Part shown: piece after piece, positions 1 to 8,859 of the stretch
Numbering within the stretch: position 1 is the stretch's first letter
How the letters are laid out: every line of letters begins with the position of its first letter
Source: Chloroflexota bacterium
Lineage (GTDB): Bacteria; Chloroflexota; UBA11872; VXOZ01
Reading direction: 5' to 3'
Length of the DNA stretch: 64,000 bases
NCBI GenBank assembly: GCA_964291655.2
Contig: OZ219802.1
Coordinates: 96,001-160,000, forward strand
Made by a program: the position numbers and the translations under genes
Notes under the pieces: generated by a model
Database searches by the model: none
Seen by the model: only the letters and a program-made list of their open reading frames with translations
Told to the model about the DNA's origin: nothing

Positions 1-2
1 GC

Positions 3-416
3 AAAAGGAACATGACCGTCCGACTTCTTCCTGAGGCAGTCGATGAGTCCATCAGTGAAAAGGTCATCTGCCTTACAAACCGAGCGGTTGAGGCTTCCAA
101 GTTCTGTACCGACTGGAGGAATCGCCGCATCGCTCACCGCGATTTTGAGGTAGTGATGGGGGAATCTTTACAACCGCTAGAGCAGACGAGTCGCGCGAAA
201 GTCTCCGGGGCCTTGAGTTCTATCGCAGCCGTGCTCAACGCCGTCGAATTACATTATCGGAAATCAAACATCCACTTCCCTGCTGTTTCTCACCCCGAAG
301 GCGCGCAGCACCTGTTGTACATACTCGATGACGGTCTCAGAATGGAACAACAAAGGCGGGAGCGGTTGAGTAAGGGCGAATATACCCGCGAAGACTTGGA
401 CATTCGCGATCTCTGA
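3..416 (+). CDS. HEPN-domain protein, AbiU2-like (5'-truncated by the window edge)
   Basis: Frame is open from the window start. It carries the HEPN Rx4-6H motif in DWRNRRIAHRD. Confidence 0.6.
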   Translation, partial: KRNMTVRLLPEAVDESISEKVICLTNRAVEASKFCTDWRNRRIAHRDFEVVMGESLQPLEQTSRAKVSGALSSIAAVLNAVELHYRKSNIHFPAVSHPEGAQHLLYILDDGLRMEQQRRERLSKGEYTREDLDIRDL

Positions 417-439
417 CACAGATGTTCTCCCTCAAGTGA

Positions 440-466
440 TCATGCTCGCATTCCAGTTCCGACACG
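440..466 (-). repeat. Partial copy of the tRNA-Leu(TAG) 5' half (att-like remnant)
   Basis: tcatgctcgCAttccagttccgacacg matches 4510-4536 (tcatgctcgTCttccagttccgacacg) at 25/27 positions, same orientation. Confidence 0.8.
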
Positions 467-594
467 ACGCGTCCTTAGATACTGGTACTGGCTCGCAAAT
501 GAGGGTTGGTGGAGTCAGGTAGCTGTGGCCACCTTGCCCTCGGGCCGCTTCATTTATTTTGAAGTCTGCAAGCAGGAGTTCGGTGAGTTTGCAT

Positions 595-1659
595 ATGTCC
601 TTTGCACCGCGCTTTACAATCACGAACGCAATCACCACGGCGCTGACGGAGATCGAGCGCGCGCGTGGCTTTCTGGAGGCCGCGACGCTGACGGATGAGT
701 GGGTTGACGCGATGCGTGCGCGGGCATTCCTGCTGGAGGCGCACCATACGACGCATATCGAGGGGACGCGGCTTACTTTGGAGGAGGCGGCGGGGCTGTT
801 GGCGGGGCGGGTCGTGCCGGGCGCGGATGCCGATGACGCCCGCGAGGTGCTCAACTACCGTGACGCTTTCGCGTTTGTCAGCGCACACTTCAGCGACGGC
901 GGGCTGCCGCGGGAAACGCGTCCGATCACCGAGCGGCCCATCCTTGAGATACACCGGCGCTTGGTGGCCGGCGTGCGCGGCGGATCGGCGGCGCCGGGGC
1001 AGTACCGCCGTGTGCAGAACTACGTTATCAACGCGGCCACCGGCGAGACGATCTACAAGCCGCCGCCAACTGAGGATGTGCCCGAACTGATGCGGGAACT
1101 GGTCGACTGGTTGAATCGTCCCAACGACATACATCCCATCATCGTGAGCGGAATCGCGCAATTCCAACTGGTGCACATACATCCGTTCCTCGACGGCAAC
1201 GGGCGCACGTCGCGGCTGCTCTCAACGCTTTGCCTCTACCGCGCGGGCTATGACTTCAAGCGGCTCTTCACGCTGAGCGAGTACTACGACCGGGACCGCA
1301 CAGCGTTCTACGACGCTCTACAAGACGTGCGGCGAGCAAACATGGACCTGACCGGTTGGATCGAGTACTTCACGCACGGCCTTGCGACCCAACTGGCGGA
1401 GGTCAGGCAGAGAGGAGAGGCAGCGCTCCAGCAGGATGCACTAGCGCGCCGCCACGCCTTGACGAGCCGGCAGGCAAACGCGCTGGGGCACGTCCTTCTG
1501 CACGGCAGGATCACGATCAAGGAGTGCCAGGCGCTCTTTCCTGAGGTATCGCGGCGGACGTTGCAGCGCGACCTGCGGGCCCTGGTGGAAAAGGGATTGC
1601 TCCAGCATCGGGCAGGCACGAATCGGCTGGAGTACGTGCTTGCGAGTAACCTCGGCTGA
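595..1659 (+). CDS. Fic family protein (class II) with C-terminal winged HTH
   Basis: Canonical [12 protein letters not shown] motif. N-terminal inhibitory motif TTHIEG. C-terminal [19 protein letters not shown] is DeoR-like wHTH. Confidence 0.92.
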   Translation: MSFAPRFTITNAITTALTEIERARGFLEAATLTDEWVDAMRARAFLLEAHHTTHIEGTRLTLEEAAGLLAGRVVPGADADDAREVLNYRDAFAFVSAHFSDGGLPRETRPITERPILEIHRRLVAGVRGGSAAPGQYRRVQNYVINAATGETIYKPPPTEDVPELMRELVDWLNRPNDIHPIIVSGIAQFQLVHIHPFLDGNGRTSRLLSTLCLYRAGYDFKRLFTLSEYYDRDRTAFYDALQDVRRANMDLTGWIEYFTHGLATQLAEVRQRGEAALQQDALARRHALTSRQANALGHVLLHGRITIKECQALFPEVSRRTLQRDLRALVEKGLLQHRAGTNRLEYVLASNLG

Positions 1660-1704
1660 ACTTGCGACAGACTTGCGCCACAACTTGCGACAGACTTGTG
1701 ACAC
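1659..1704. repeat. 2 x 23-bp direct repeat made of 4 x ~11.5-bp ACTTG(C/T)G(A/C)CA subunits
   Basis: aacttgcgacagacttgcgccac followed by aacttgcgacagacttgtgacac, starting at the fic stop codon. Confidence 0.8.
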
Positions 1705-1829
1705 CGCTCCCACGTCATGCGCCTGACACGGGGGCTTGCGCTAGACAAGAAGGGGGTACGCTCGGGGCGGGACCGGTTGGCAGGCTGGCAAACCAATCCG
1801 GTCCTCGCGGGTGTCTGGGGCGCAATGCC

Positions 1830-2498
1830 TTATTGCGGCTTGTCGTCCAGCAGGCCGTTGCGGACGGCCCAGACCACCATTTCCTGAATCGACTTCGCCC
1901 CCAGTTTGTCCCGGATGACGTAGATGGCGTTTCGGATAGTCAACGGCCGGTTGCCGCGCGCATCGGCAATCTTCGCGTACGACATGCCTTGGGCGAAGAG
2001 GGTGAGTATTTCCTGCTCCCGTTCGGTCAGATTGTCCAGGTCCGGTGACTCGGGTTTCTCGCCAGCGGAGCGAATTCTGTTGAATACGCGCCTTGTCAGG
2101 TCGCCGGGCATGCTGAATTCGCCGCTGGCTACCTCCTGGATCGTGGAGAGGAGTTTCTGTTTGCCGGAGAATTTCTGCAGATAGCCCGTCGCGCCTGCGG
2201 AAACCGCCGCGATGACTGCGTCCTCATCGGTCGATGCCGTCAACATCAGCACGCGTGTATCCGGCACCGAATCCATGATCTCCCGACACGCGTCGATGCC
2301 GTTCATTTCCGGCATCATCACATCCATAATAATCACGTCGGGCCTGACGTCTTGGGCCAAGGCCACTGCCTCCACCCCATTCTGAGCCTGGCCCACCACC
2401 TCAAACGCCCCTGAATGCTTCAAGACTTCCTTCAGACCATCTCGCATGATCGAGTGATCATCCACGATCATAACTGTCGTAAGCGGTACTGTAGACAA
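1830..2498 (-). CDS. NarL/FixJ family response regulator (REC + LuxR HTH)
   Basis: MIVDDH, PDVIIMDVMMPEMNG and LTEREQEILTLFAQG motifs. Confidence 0.93.
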   Translation of the reverse strand: MSTVPLTTVMIVDDHSIMRDGLKEVLKHSGAFEVVGQAQNGVEAVALAQDVRPDVIIMDVMMPEMNGIDACREIMDSVPDTRVLMLTASTDEDAVIAAVSAGATGYLQKFSGKQKLLSTIQEVASGEFSMPGDLTRRVFNRIRSAGEKPESPDLDNLTEREQEILTLFAQGMSYAKIADARGNRPLTIRNAIYVIRDKLGAKSIQEMVVWAVRNGLLDDKPQ

Positions 2499-2499
2499 C

Positions 2500-3771
2500 T
2501 CAAATTCCTCCTTCTATCGAATTGTACTCTACTACGCACGTTACCATTGTGCCTTGACCGGACGTACCCGATTCAACGTCCAGTCTGCCACCCATGCGTT
2601 CGGCGTCGGCTCTCATGTTCTTGAAGCCGTGTCCGCGAACAGCATAGTCATCCGGCAGGCCGATGCCGTCGTCGGATAGTGACATTCGCAAGCCGTTCTC
2701 ATGAAAGGCAAGCTCTATAGTGACCTTATCGGCCTGTGCGTGGCGAAAGGCATTGGTCAATGCGTTATGCGCTATCGAGAAGAGCAGACTGCGCGTGACC
2801 GGGGAGAGCGGCGGTTCCGCGCCTCTCACCACCACATCAGAATGGACCGACGTGATCGCGGTGAATGACTCCGCATGGTATTGCAACACGTGTCCCAATT
2901 CTCTACATTCAAGTATGAGACCAATATCGATGGGATGCCGCAATTCCCACATGGCCGACTTCGAGAGCTCGTACGTCGCCTCTAGTTTATCGACCAGCTC
3001 CTGATTGGACTTGTCTGCCAACTCAATTGCAGTTTCAATTCCCATCCCGATCATATAGGCAGACTGGGCAGTCGTGTCATGTATGGTTTGAGTGAGTTGG
3101 ACCCGTTCGCGATGGAGCTCCCGTTCACGTTCCACGGCCTCTCGCCGCTTGTTTCTCTCAGAACTGGATACAAGATTGACAGATGCCACAATTGCATACA
3201 TCACGACAATTCTGGCAAAGAGCGCCTTCTCGTCTCTCGCGTCAAAGTCCAAGCCCTCTCCAGCCGTCAAGCTCACCACTACGTATAGCAGGGCGACCAT
3301 TGTCACCCACCCAAAGCTCAGACGGTACGAACTAAAGAATACTGCAAACCAAACCAGGGCAGGATAATAGAGTAAGTAGAACAGGAAATGGCTAAACCCA
3401 CCGGCAACAATCATGCCGCCTGTTATCAGGATTACATCCATCACGCTAAGCGCGAGTATCCAATGCAAAGTGACTGTGCGACCAGTCTGAACGCGATAGT
3501 GTAGGTACCCATTGAGTACGACCAACACCAAGAAACACAATATGTATGCAGCATACGTGAAGTAGGTGAATACAGGTCGGTAAATCAGCTCGATCAGGCA
3601 GGCAACGCAAATGAACCAACGTACCCATACGGAAATCTTGGCCGGATAGCGTATCTCTTCAGGATCAGTAAGATCCAAGTTGAATTGACGACAAATGAAT
3701 GAGTGCACCGCAGCTAGTGTTGCTGCTACTGTTCGAATAGGTAAGATTGATCCAATCGGAAACGAGCTCAA
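2500..3771 (-). CDS. Membrane sensor histidine kinase (HisKA_3 type)
   Basis: About 6 TM segments, IHDTTAQ H-box, NALTNAFRHA N-box, DDGIG and GHGF boxes. Start uncertain. Abuts the response regulator. Confidence 0.9.
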   Translation of the reverse strand: MSSFPIGSILPIRTVAATLAAVHSFICRQFNLDLTDPEEIRYPAKISVWVRWFICVACLIELIYRPVFTYFTYAAYILCFLVLVVLNGYLHYRVQTGRTVTLHWILALSVMDVILITGGMIVAGGFSHFLFYLLYYPALVWFAVFFSSYRLSFGWVTMVALLYVVVSLTAGEGLDFDARDEKALFARIVVMYAIVASVNLVSSSERNKRREAVERERELHRERVQLTQTIHDTTAQSAYMIGMGIETAIELADKSNQELVDKLEATYELSKSAMWELRHPIDIGLILECRELGHVLQYHAESFTAITSVHSDVVVRGAEPPLSPVTRSLLFSIAHNALTNAFRHAQADKVTIELAFHENGLRMSLSDDGIGLPDDYAVRGHGFKNMRADAERMGGRLDVESGTSGQGTMVTCVVEYNSIEGGI

Positions 3772-4456
3772 GTCTAAGTATTGCCTCTCGGATCACTAGA
3801 ATGAGTCTGCCTTTCCAGCAAACCCTCTCAATGAGTTCAAAATTCCATGTATCGGCATAGGCGAAACTCATCAAGCCTTGCTTGTACTCTACCTACTTTT
3901 CAGGGATTGTCAAGATACATTAGTATCTATCCAATGGATATGAATGTATTGATACGATCTGCAGGTGCAAGGTTCTAGTCCTAAGTCTTAGTCCATACGC
4001 AACCGTGGAGGATACCTGGCCGATCCGGGTAAGATTGCAATGTTCAGGGAACTGGAAGGCAACATGGGACTGGGGAGACAGCGGCTAAGAACCCCACCCG
4101 TCCCGGCAGATGAGCGGGTTGGAGCAAGACTCCAAGAGGACCTTGCCTGTACCTGATTTAATGAACAAGCGTCGGCGAGACCGGGTGGACTAAACGACCG
4201 GGGCACTCGTGAAGCTGGGAGGCAGAGATTAGAACTCTACGTAGTTCAAATCCAGGTAGGACTGGCCGGCAGTACGGCAAGAAGTGGGAGCAAGGAAATC
4301 CGGCCAAACTCAGGGCCCGCGCACCTTGGGGCCTTAGCCAAACTTGCGCATTGGTCGCCAACCCTATCCTGCAGGGTCGCAAGATTGCCTGGGCAATGCA
4401 CTAGCTCTGCCGCACTATGGCAACAACGGTGTACTTGTCTGTTGCCAACCGCATTC

Positions 4457-4541
4457 TGGTGGGGACGGCGGGACTCGAACCCGCACGCCTTGCGGCACAT
4501 GATCCTAAGTCATGCTCGTCTTCCAGTTCCGACACGTCCCC
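4457..4541 (-). tRNA. tRNA-Leu(TAG)
   Basis: GGGGACG...CGTCCCC-A-CCA acceptor stem, CATGA-CT-TAG-GA-TCATG anticodon arm, long variable arm, GGTTCGAGTCC T-arm. Confidence 0.96.
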
Positions 4542-4602
4542 GCACCTTCCATTCTAGCAGCGGCGTGGCAGTGGGACTAGATGGCAATTTCGCCAGACTT
4601 TG

Positions 4603-4908
4603 CAACCGTTCGTGCTTCGACAGGGACTTGGCACAGCCGCCTCATCACGAACGGTTGGAGTGGCAAGTTGCGAGGTGGAAGAGGGCCCATCGAGAATTCA
4701 ACACGAATCGGCAGTGCTGGCGCTGCCTGCGCACTTCGACAAGCTCAGTGCGAACGTTTAAAGAACCTCAGCTCATGGACCTCAACTTTAGGATCACAGC
4801 TTAAGGACCTCAGCACGAACGGAAACAGTGGGAGCTCAGCGGGAACGGACTTGGTGGAAGCTCGGCGGAAACGGAACTGGCGGAAGCTCGGCGCGAACGT
4901 GAGACAGA
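4603..4908. repeat. Cluster of REP-like CTTCGAC..CTCAG..CGAACGG elements, including a 4 x 26-bp degenerate tandem array (4805-4908)
   Basis: Copies at 4612-4654 and about 4735-4757. Array units: ggacctcagcacgaacggaaacagtg / ggagctcagcgggaacggacttggtg / gaagctcggcggaaacggaactggcg / gaagctcggcgcgaacgtg. Same family as 62466-62657. Confidence 0.75.
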
Positions 4909-5029
4909 TGCACGGATCGGGTGGTCAATGCGAACACCTTTTGGCCTAGGTCTGTAGCCTGCACTAACGGTAAACAAGAGGGCAGGTTGCATAACTTTCG
5001 CTACCCATCAATCCGAACCCGTGAGACCA

Positions 5030-6421
5030 CTACTGTCTATTCCTAGCCGCGACCTGCTCGGCGATTTCCTCGGCGGGGTAGGTGAGGACTTCCGCAAGGG
5101 TCGGGTGGTAGTGGGGGATGCGCATAAAGTCCTGCGCTGTAGCACGATAGTGAAGTGCCACGATACACTCGTGGATCAACTCGCCCCCCTCCGGTCCCAG
5201 CACTTGGTAGCCGAGAAGCTCACCCGTCTGCGCGTGACCGATCATCTTCACGAAGCCCCGTGTTTCGCCCAGGCAGAGCGCCTTGCCATGGTCGTTGAAC
5301 GGATAGGAAGCGGTGACGATGGGAATGTTCTTGGCGGTGGCCCCCTTCTCCGTCATGCCCACGCGTCCGTACTGCGGCTCGGTGAAGATGACAATAGGAA
5401 CGACACGGTAGTCCATGTATTGCGGCGAGCCGGCGTCGAGGGCGTTGTGGGCCGCAATCTCGCCCTGTTGGATAGCCACATGCACAATGTCGAATGAGAC
5501 CGTTACATCGCCAACGGCAAAGATGTTCGGGTTGGACGTGCGCATGGCGGTATCAGTGGCGATGCCGCGCGAAGTGCTCTCCACACCGGCGGCGCCAAGG
5601 TCTAGACCTTCCAAGGACGGACTGCGCCCGGTGGCGACCAGGATGTGGTCGACTTCGATGACGCTCTCGGTGTCGTCCTGCAGCAGATGCAGCACTTTCT
5701 TGCCGTTGCGTTGCGCTACGGCCGTAAGGCGGGTGGCGCAACGCACGTCCATGCCATCTTCCCGCAGGTACTTCTCCAACGCCGTGCCCACCGCATCATC
5801 TTCGTTGCTTAGGATGCAGTTACTGCGCTGCAAGAGGGTGACGGCCGCACCAAGCCGTGAGTAGAATTGCCCTAACTCCAAGCCGATAGGACCGCCGCCA
5901 AGTACGCAGATTGACTCCGGCAACTCTTCCAACTCCAGCGCATCGTCGCTGGTCAGGTAACCGGCTTCCTCCAACCCCGGAACTTTGGGCACGAAAGGTA
6001 CCGATCCGGTGGCAATGATGAACTTGGGCGCAGAGAGTACACATTCGCCAACTTGGACACGCTCGGCTGAGAGGAATCGCGCAGCACCATCGATCAATGC
6101 AATGTCCGGTGCGTTGAGTTGCTCGATGCGATAGTCGGCAAACCCCTCTATGAGTTGTCGCTTACGGGCGATGATGGTGGGCAGATCAGGCGTAAGCGTA
6201 CGGGTACCAATGCCCAGCTCTGCCGCGTGTTGGGATTGGTAGAGACGATTGGACGAGGCAAGGATGGCTTTGCTGGGCATGCAACCCCGCAAGATACACA
6301 GGCCTCCCAACGGCCCTTGCTCTGCTATTGCCACACGAGCGCCTGCCTCAGCAGCCGTACGCGCGGCGGCGTAGCCGGCGCTGCCGCCGCCAAGAACGAC
6401 CAGGTCGAAACGATCATCCAA
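5030..6421 (-). CDS. Pyridine nucleotide-disulfide oxidoreductase (dihydrolipoamide dehydrogenase-like)
   Basis: GGGSAG FAD site, GGLCILRGCMPSK redox disulfide, GGGPIGLE NAD site, HPTLAE C-terminal motif. No MerA C-terminal Cys-Cys. Confidence 0.88.
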   Translation of the reverse strand: MDDRFDLVVLGGGSAGYAAARTAAEAGARVAIAEQGPLGGLCILRGCMPSKAILASSNRLYQSQHAAELGIGTRTLTPDLPTIIARKRQLIEGFADYRIEQLNAPDIALIDGAARFLSAERVQVGECVLSAPKFIIATGSVPFVPKVPGLEEAGYLTSDDALELEELPESICVLGGGPIGLELGQFYSRLGAAVTLLQRSNCILSNEDDAVGTALEKYLREDGMDVRCATRLTAVAQRNGKKVLHLLQDDTESVIEVDHILVATGRSPSLEGLDLGAAGVESTSRGIATDTAMRTSNPNIFAVGDVTVSFDIVHVAIQQGEIAAHNALDAGSPQYMDYRVVPIVIFTEPQYGRVGMTEKGATAKNIPIVTASYPFNDHGKALCLGETRGFVKMIGHAQTGELLGYQVLGPEGGELIHECIVALHYRATAQDFMRIPHYHPTLAEVLTYPAEEIAEQVAARNRQ

Positions 6422-6517
6422 GGGTCTTCCATTCTCCTCGTGTCATTGCAATTGCTGCGTACGCGATAGATTTCGGCATTCGTCTATGCTGCATCGGTAT
6501 GCCATTGGGGGGGCTAT

Positions 6518-7360
6518 TCACCCGGCGGGTGTTCCCATTCCACCCACAGCCGTAATCACCGCTTCACTGTCTTTCAGCCAGGCGTGATTCGGATCGTCCC
6601 TGGGGGCCAGCACTCGTTGATTCCCGGCGAGAATCCAAAGGTAATAGAGCTGATAGCCCGGTCCTGCGACGACGGGATGGTACCCCCGAGGAATGGCTAC
6701 CACATCGCCATCTACAACCGTGTATGACTCATTCAGCGAGCCGTCGTCAGTATAAACCCGCTGCATGCCGAAGCCGCGCGAGGGACTAATTCGGAAGAGA
6801 TAGGCCTCTTCATGTTCGGATTCGTGAGGCGGGTCGTCCACCTCATGCTTGTGCGGCGGCGCACTGCTCCAGAATCCCGGCGGATTAAACGTCTCGCCTA
6901 GAACCATGGTGTGCGCGGGAAAAGGTGCGTCGATAATGTCGTAGATGGTGCGATACCAGTTGCCTTTTCCAACTTTGCGCAGCTTGTGTTGATCGGCGGT
7001 GATCACCTGGGAATTCATGCCCGCCTTGCCGGGCGTACTGCAGATTATTAGCTCCAGCGCTGAATTCCCGTCCGCACGGACCTCCCACGTTTGCTCAGGC
7101 GCTACGAAGACAGTTGACGAGGGCCCGGCAAAGACGTTTTGGCGCGCACAGCGGTGAGCGATGCCATGGGACTCCACGGCAATCGTCCCTGCCCCCGCCT
7201 GCAGCACGAGAGCAGATTCCCACATGCCAGTTTCACCGGTGTAGGCTTCGCCGGGCGCCAACCGCAAGACAGCAATGCGAATGCGGTCGAGCGAGGGATG
7301 TCCATCGGCAACGACTGCGTGATGACCCAGACCTGTAGGCGCTTTGTGGAGGAGATTCAT
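6518..7360 (-). CDS. iolB: 5-deoxy-glucuronate isomerase (IolB/KduI family)
   Basis: GFWSSAPPHKHE, EEAYLFR and IPRGYHPV motifs. AAAGGA RBS before ATG 7360. Confidence 0.88.
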   Translation of the reverse strand: MNLLHKAPTGLGHHAVVADGHPSLDRIRIAVLRLAPGEAYTGETGMWESALVLQAGAGTIAVESHGIAHRCARQNVFAGPSSTVFVAPEQTWEVRADGNSALELIICSTPGKAGMNSQVITADQHKLRKVGKGNWYRTIYDIIDAPFPAHTMVLGETFNPPGFWSSAPPHKHEVDDPPHESEHEEAYLFRISPSRGFGMQRVYTDDGSLNESYTVVDGDVVAIPRGYHPVVAGPGYQLYYLWILAGNQRVLAPRDDPNHAWLKDSEAVITAVGGMGTPAG

Positions 7361-7507
7361 CGACTGATCCTTTCTCGCAACATCTGAGCAACTGCGCACA
7401 GCGTAAGTCGCGTCAGAATTGGTGCCATCTCCATACAAGATCATTCGGTTTGCTCTACGGTACCCAATGCGCCGTAGTGCTGCAATAATTGAGACTCGCC
7501 AAATGCC

Positions 7508-7537
7508 TTGACTCTGTGGACTTCCGGTTACTATAAT
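7508..7537 (+). promoter_or_regulatory. Sigma70-type promoter
   Basis: TTGACT-N18-TATAAT upstream of the 7688 gene. Confidence 0.6.
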
Positions 7538-7687
7538 CGTCTAGATTAGGCAGTTGCGCTCATGCAACTGGCTGAGGTTTGCGGAAGCTTCTGGGGGTCC
7601 CAGTTCTCCGCCATCCACTTGTTGAAATCGCTAGCGGCTTAGGACGAACGAGCCGCTGCTGTGCATGAAGAATTCGAGGTTACAAGC

Positions 7688-8425
7688 ATGCCTCCGCTTT
7701 CTATCGTCTTTGGTGTCGTCGGCGCATTTCTCTTGGTTGCTGGGCTGATCGGCAGGGCCGCGGGGCGTCGCCCTTCAGTATCCTTGGGTGTCACCGCCGC
7801 GGGTGTTGTGTTGCTCGCTATCTCGGTGGTCTTCATGGTTTCCGGTACTTCAGATTCGGAGTCTACGGAGAGTGCAGGCGTAACGATTAATGTGAGTAGC
7901 ACGGCAACGGCGGCAGCGAAGAGTGATGCAGAGTCAGAGTCTGCTGCCGATGTGGCCGATGTGCCGCTCATCGAGCCGGAGGCCACACCGGCGAACATTG
8001 GCGATCTGGAGGTCTTCTATGAAGCCGGCACGTCGGTGGCAAACTTCGATGCCTTTAGATTGATGGAATTGACAGCCTACGGCCCACCGGGGCATGGCAT
8101 TGGAGCCGACAAGGCTCCCTTCAAGGTGGGCCAAGAAATTTACATAGAGTTTACCGTCCAGAACCTACGGGTGCCGCCGATGGTGCTCAAGCGGACGTTT
8201 GTTGCCGTGAATCATCCCACTGGCGAAGAGAAAGACTTTGGGTTAGTTCATGAGGGGGTGGAGGTCGTGCGGTACCAAGAATTCAAGACCGGTGTTGTGA
8301 TACAGCTTGATGAACCGGGCGAATGGGAAATCTGGCCCTGCTATCAGTTGGTTCTTGAAGACGACACGCTCCGCGACCGCTGCACGCCCAAATGGCAGTT
8401 TTTTACAATCCGGGTGGAAGCGTAG
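7688..8425 (+). CDS. Hypothetical membrane-anchored protein (2 TM, acidic linker, beta-rich domain)
   Basis: Long ORF with GAGGT RBS, two hydrophobic helices, an S/T/E/A-rich linker and a Cys pair in the C-terminal domain. Confidence 0.7.
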   Translation: MPPLSIVFGVVGAFLLVAGLIGRAAGRRPSVSLGVTAAGVVLLAISVVFMVSGTSDSESTESAGVTINVSSTATAAAKSDAESESAADVADVPLIEPEATPANIGDLEVFYEAGTSVANFDAFRLMELTAYGPPGHGIGADKAPFKVGQEIYIEFTVQNLRVPPMVLKRTFVAVNHPTGEEKDFGLVHEGVEVVRYQEFKTGVVIQLDEPGEWEIWPCYQLVLEDDTLRDRCTPKWQFFTIRVEA

Positions 8426-8504
8426 TTTGCTCAGAACGGGCGCGTTGAGATAGAGCTCCGCAAAACGCTCTTCTTGACAGTTTTGTTGCCCAGCTATAAC
8501 TGCA

Positions 8505-8612
8505 GCCCCCTAGCACTCTCTTGCATGCAATCCGCTGAATTGGAGGCCAAGCCTCCTCCGGAAATTTGCCGGTTTGGTCAGAGGTTCCAGGCAGTTGCAA
8601 GAGACTGGGGAG
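8505..8612 (+). ncRNA. Candidate structured small RNA or leader (unassigned)
   Basis: Preceded by TTGACA-N15-TATAAC (8474-8500). Stem tctcttgca/tgcaagaga encloses two hairpins. A terminator follows. Confidence 0.35.
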
Positions 8613-8615
8613 ACG

Positions 8616-8657
8616 ATTTCAAGAGGCGGCGCCCTGCGGCCTCTTGAGGGGTTTTTT
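8616..8657 (+). terminator. Intrinsic terminator
   Basis: tcaagagg...cctcttga stem followed by a T6 run. Confidence 0.7.
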
Positions 8658-8683
8658 CGGCGTAAACTGTACGGAAAGAGCCC

Positions 8684-8712
8684 TTGACCCACCTTGACGG
8701 AACCTATATAAT
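8684..8712 (+). promoter_or_regulatory. Sigma70-type promoter of the SBP gene
   Basis: TTGACC-N17-TATAAT. Confidence 0.65.
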
Positions 8713-8859
8713 CTCTCCTAGCCTAGCCAACTAGAGTGCGAATGGCTAGTTGAATTTGAGACTGAACTTGCAACATGGCTGGGCAGTTGATGGCCGATAG
8801 AATTGGCCCGTTCATTTGCAAGTTCTAGCTGGGGAAGAGCCAAAAAGGAGGAGTCCCCC

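Noticed and set aside
3990-4330. Possible decayed recombinase pseudogene next to the tRNA
   Set aside because: Only short open frames, with no recognisable catalytic motif.
4805-4908. Possible mini-CRISPR
   Set aside because: Period is only 26 bp, the core is degenerate, and it matches a dispersed REP family.
5030-6421. Mercuric reductase MerA
   Set aside because: No NmerA domain, no C-terminal Cys-Cys and no mer genes. It has the HPTxxE motif of Lpd-type enzymes.
8636-8657. Similarity to the T7 terminator tail (tcttgaggggtttttt), suggesting vector contamination
   Set aside because: The 5' arm differs from T7 and pairs natively, and no other vector sequence is present.
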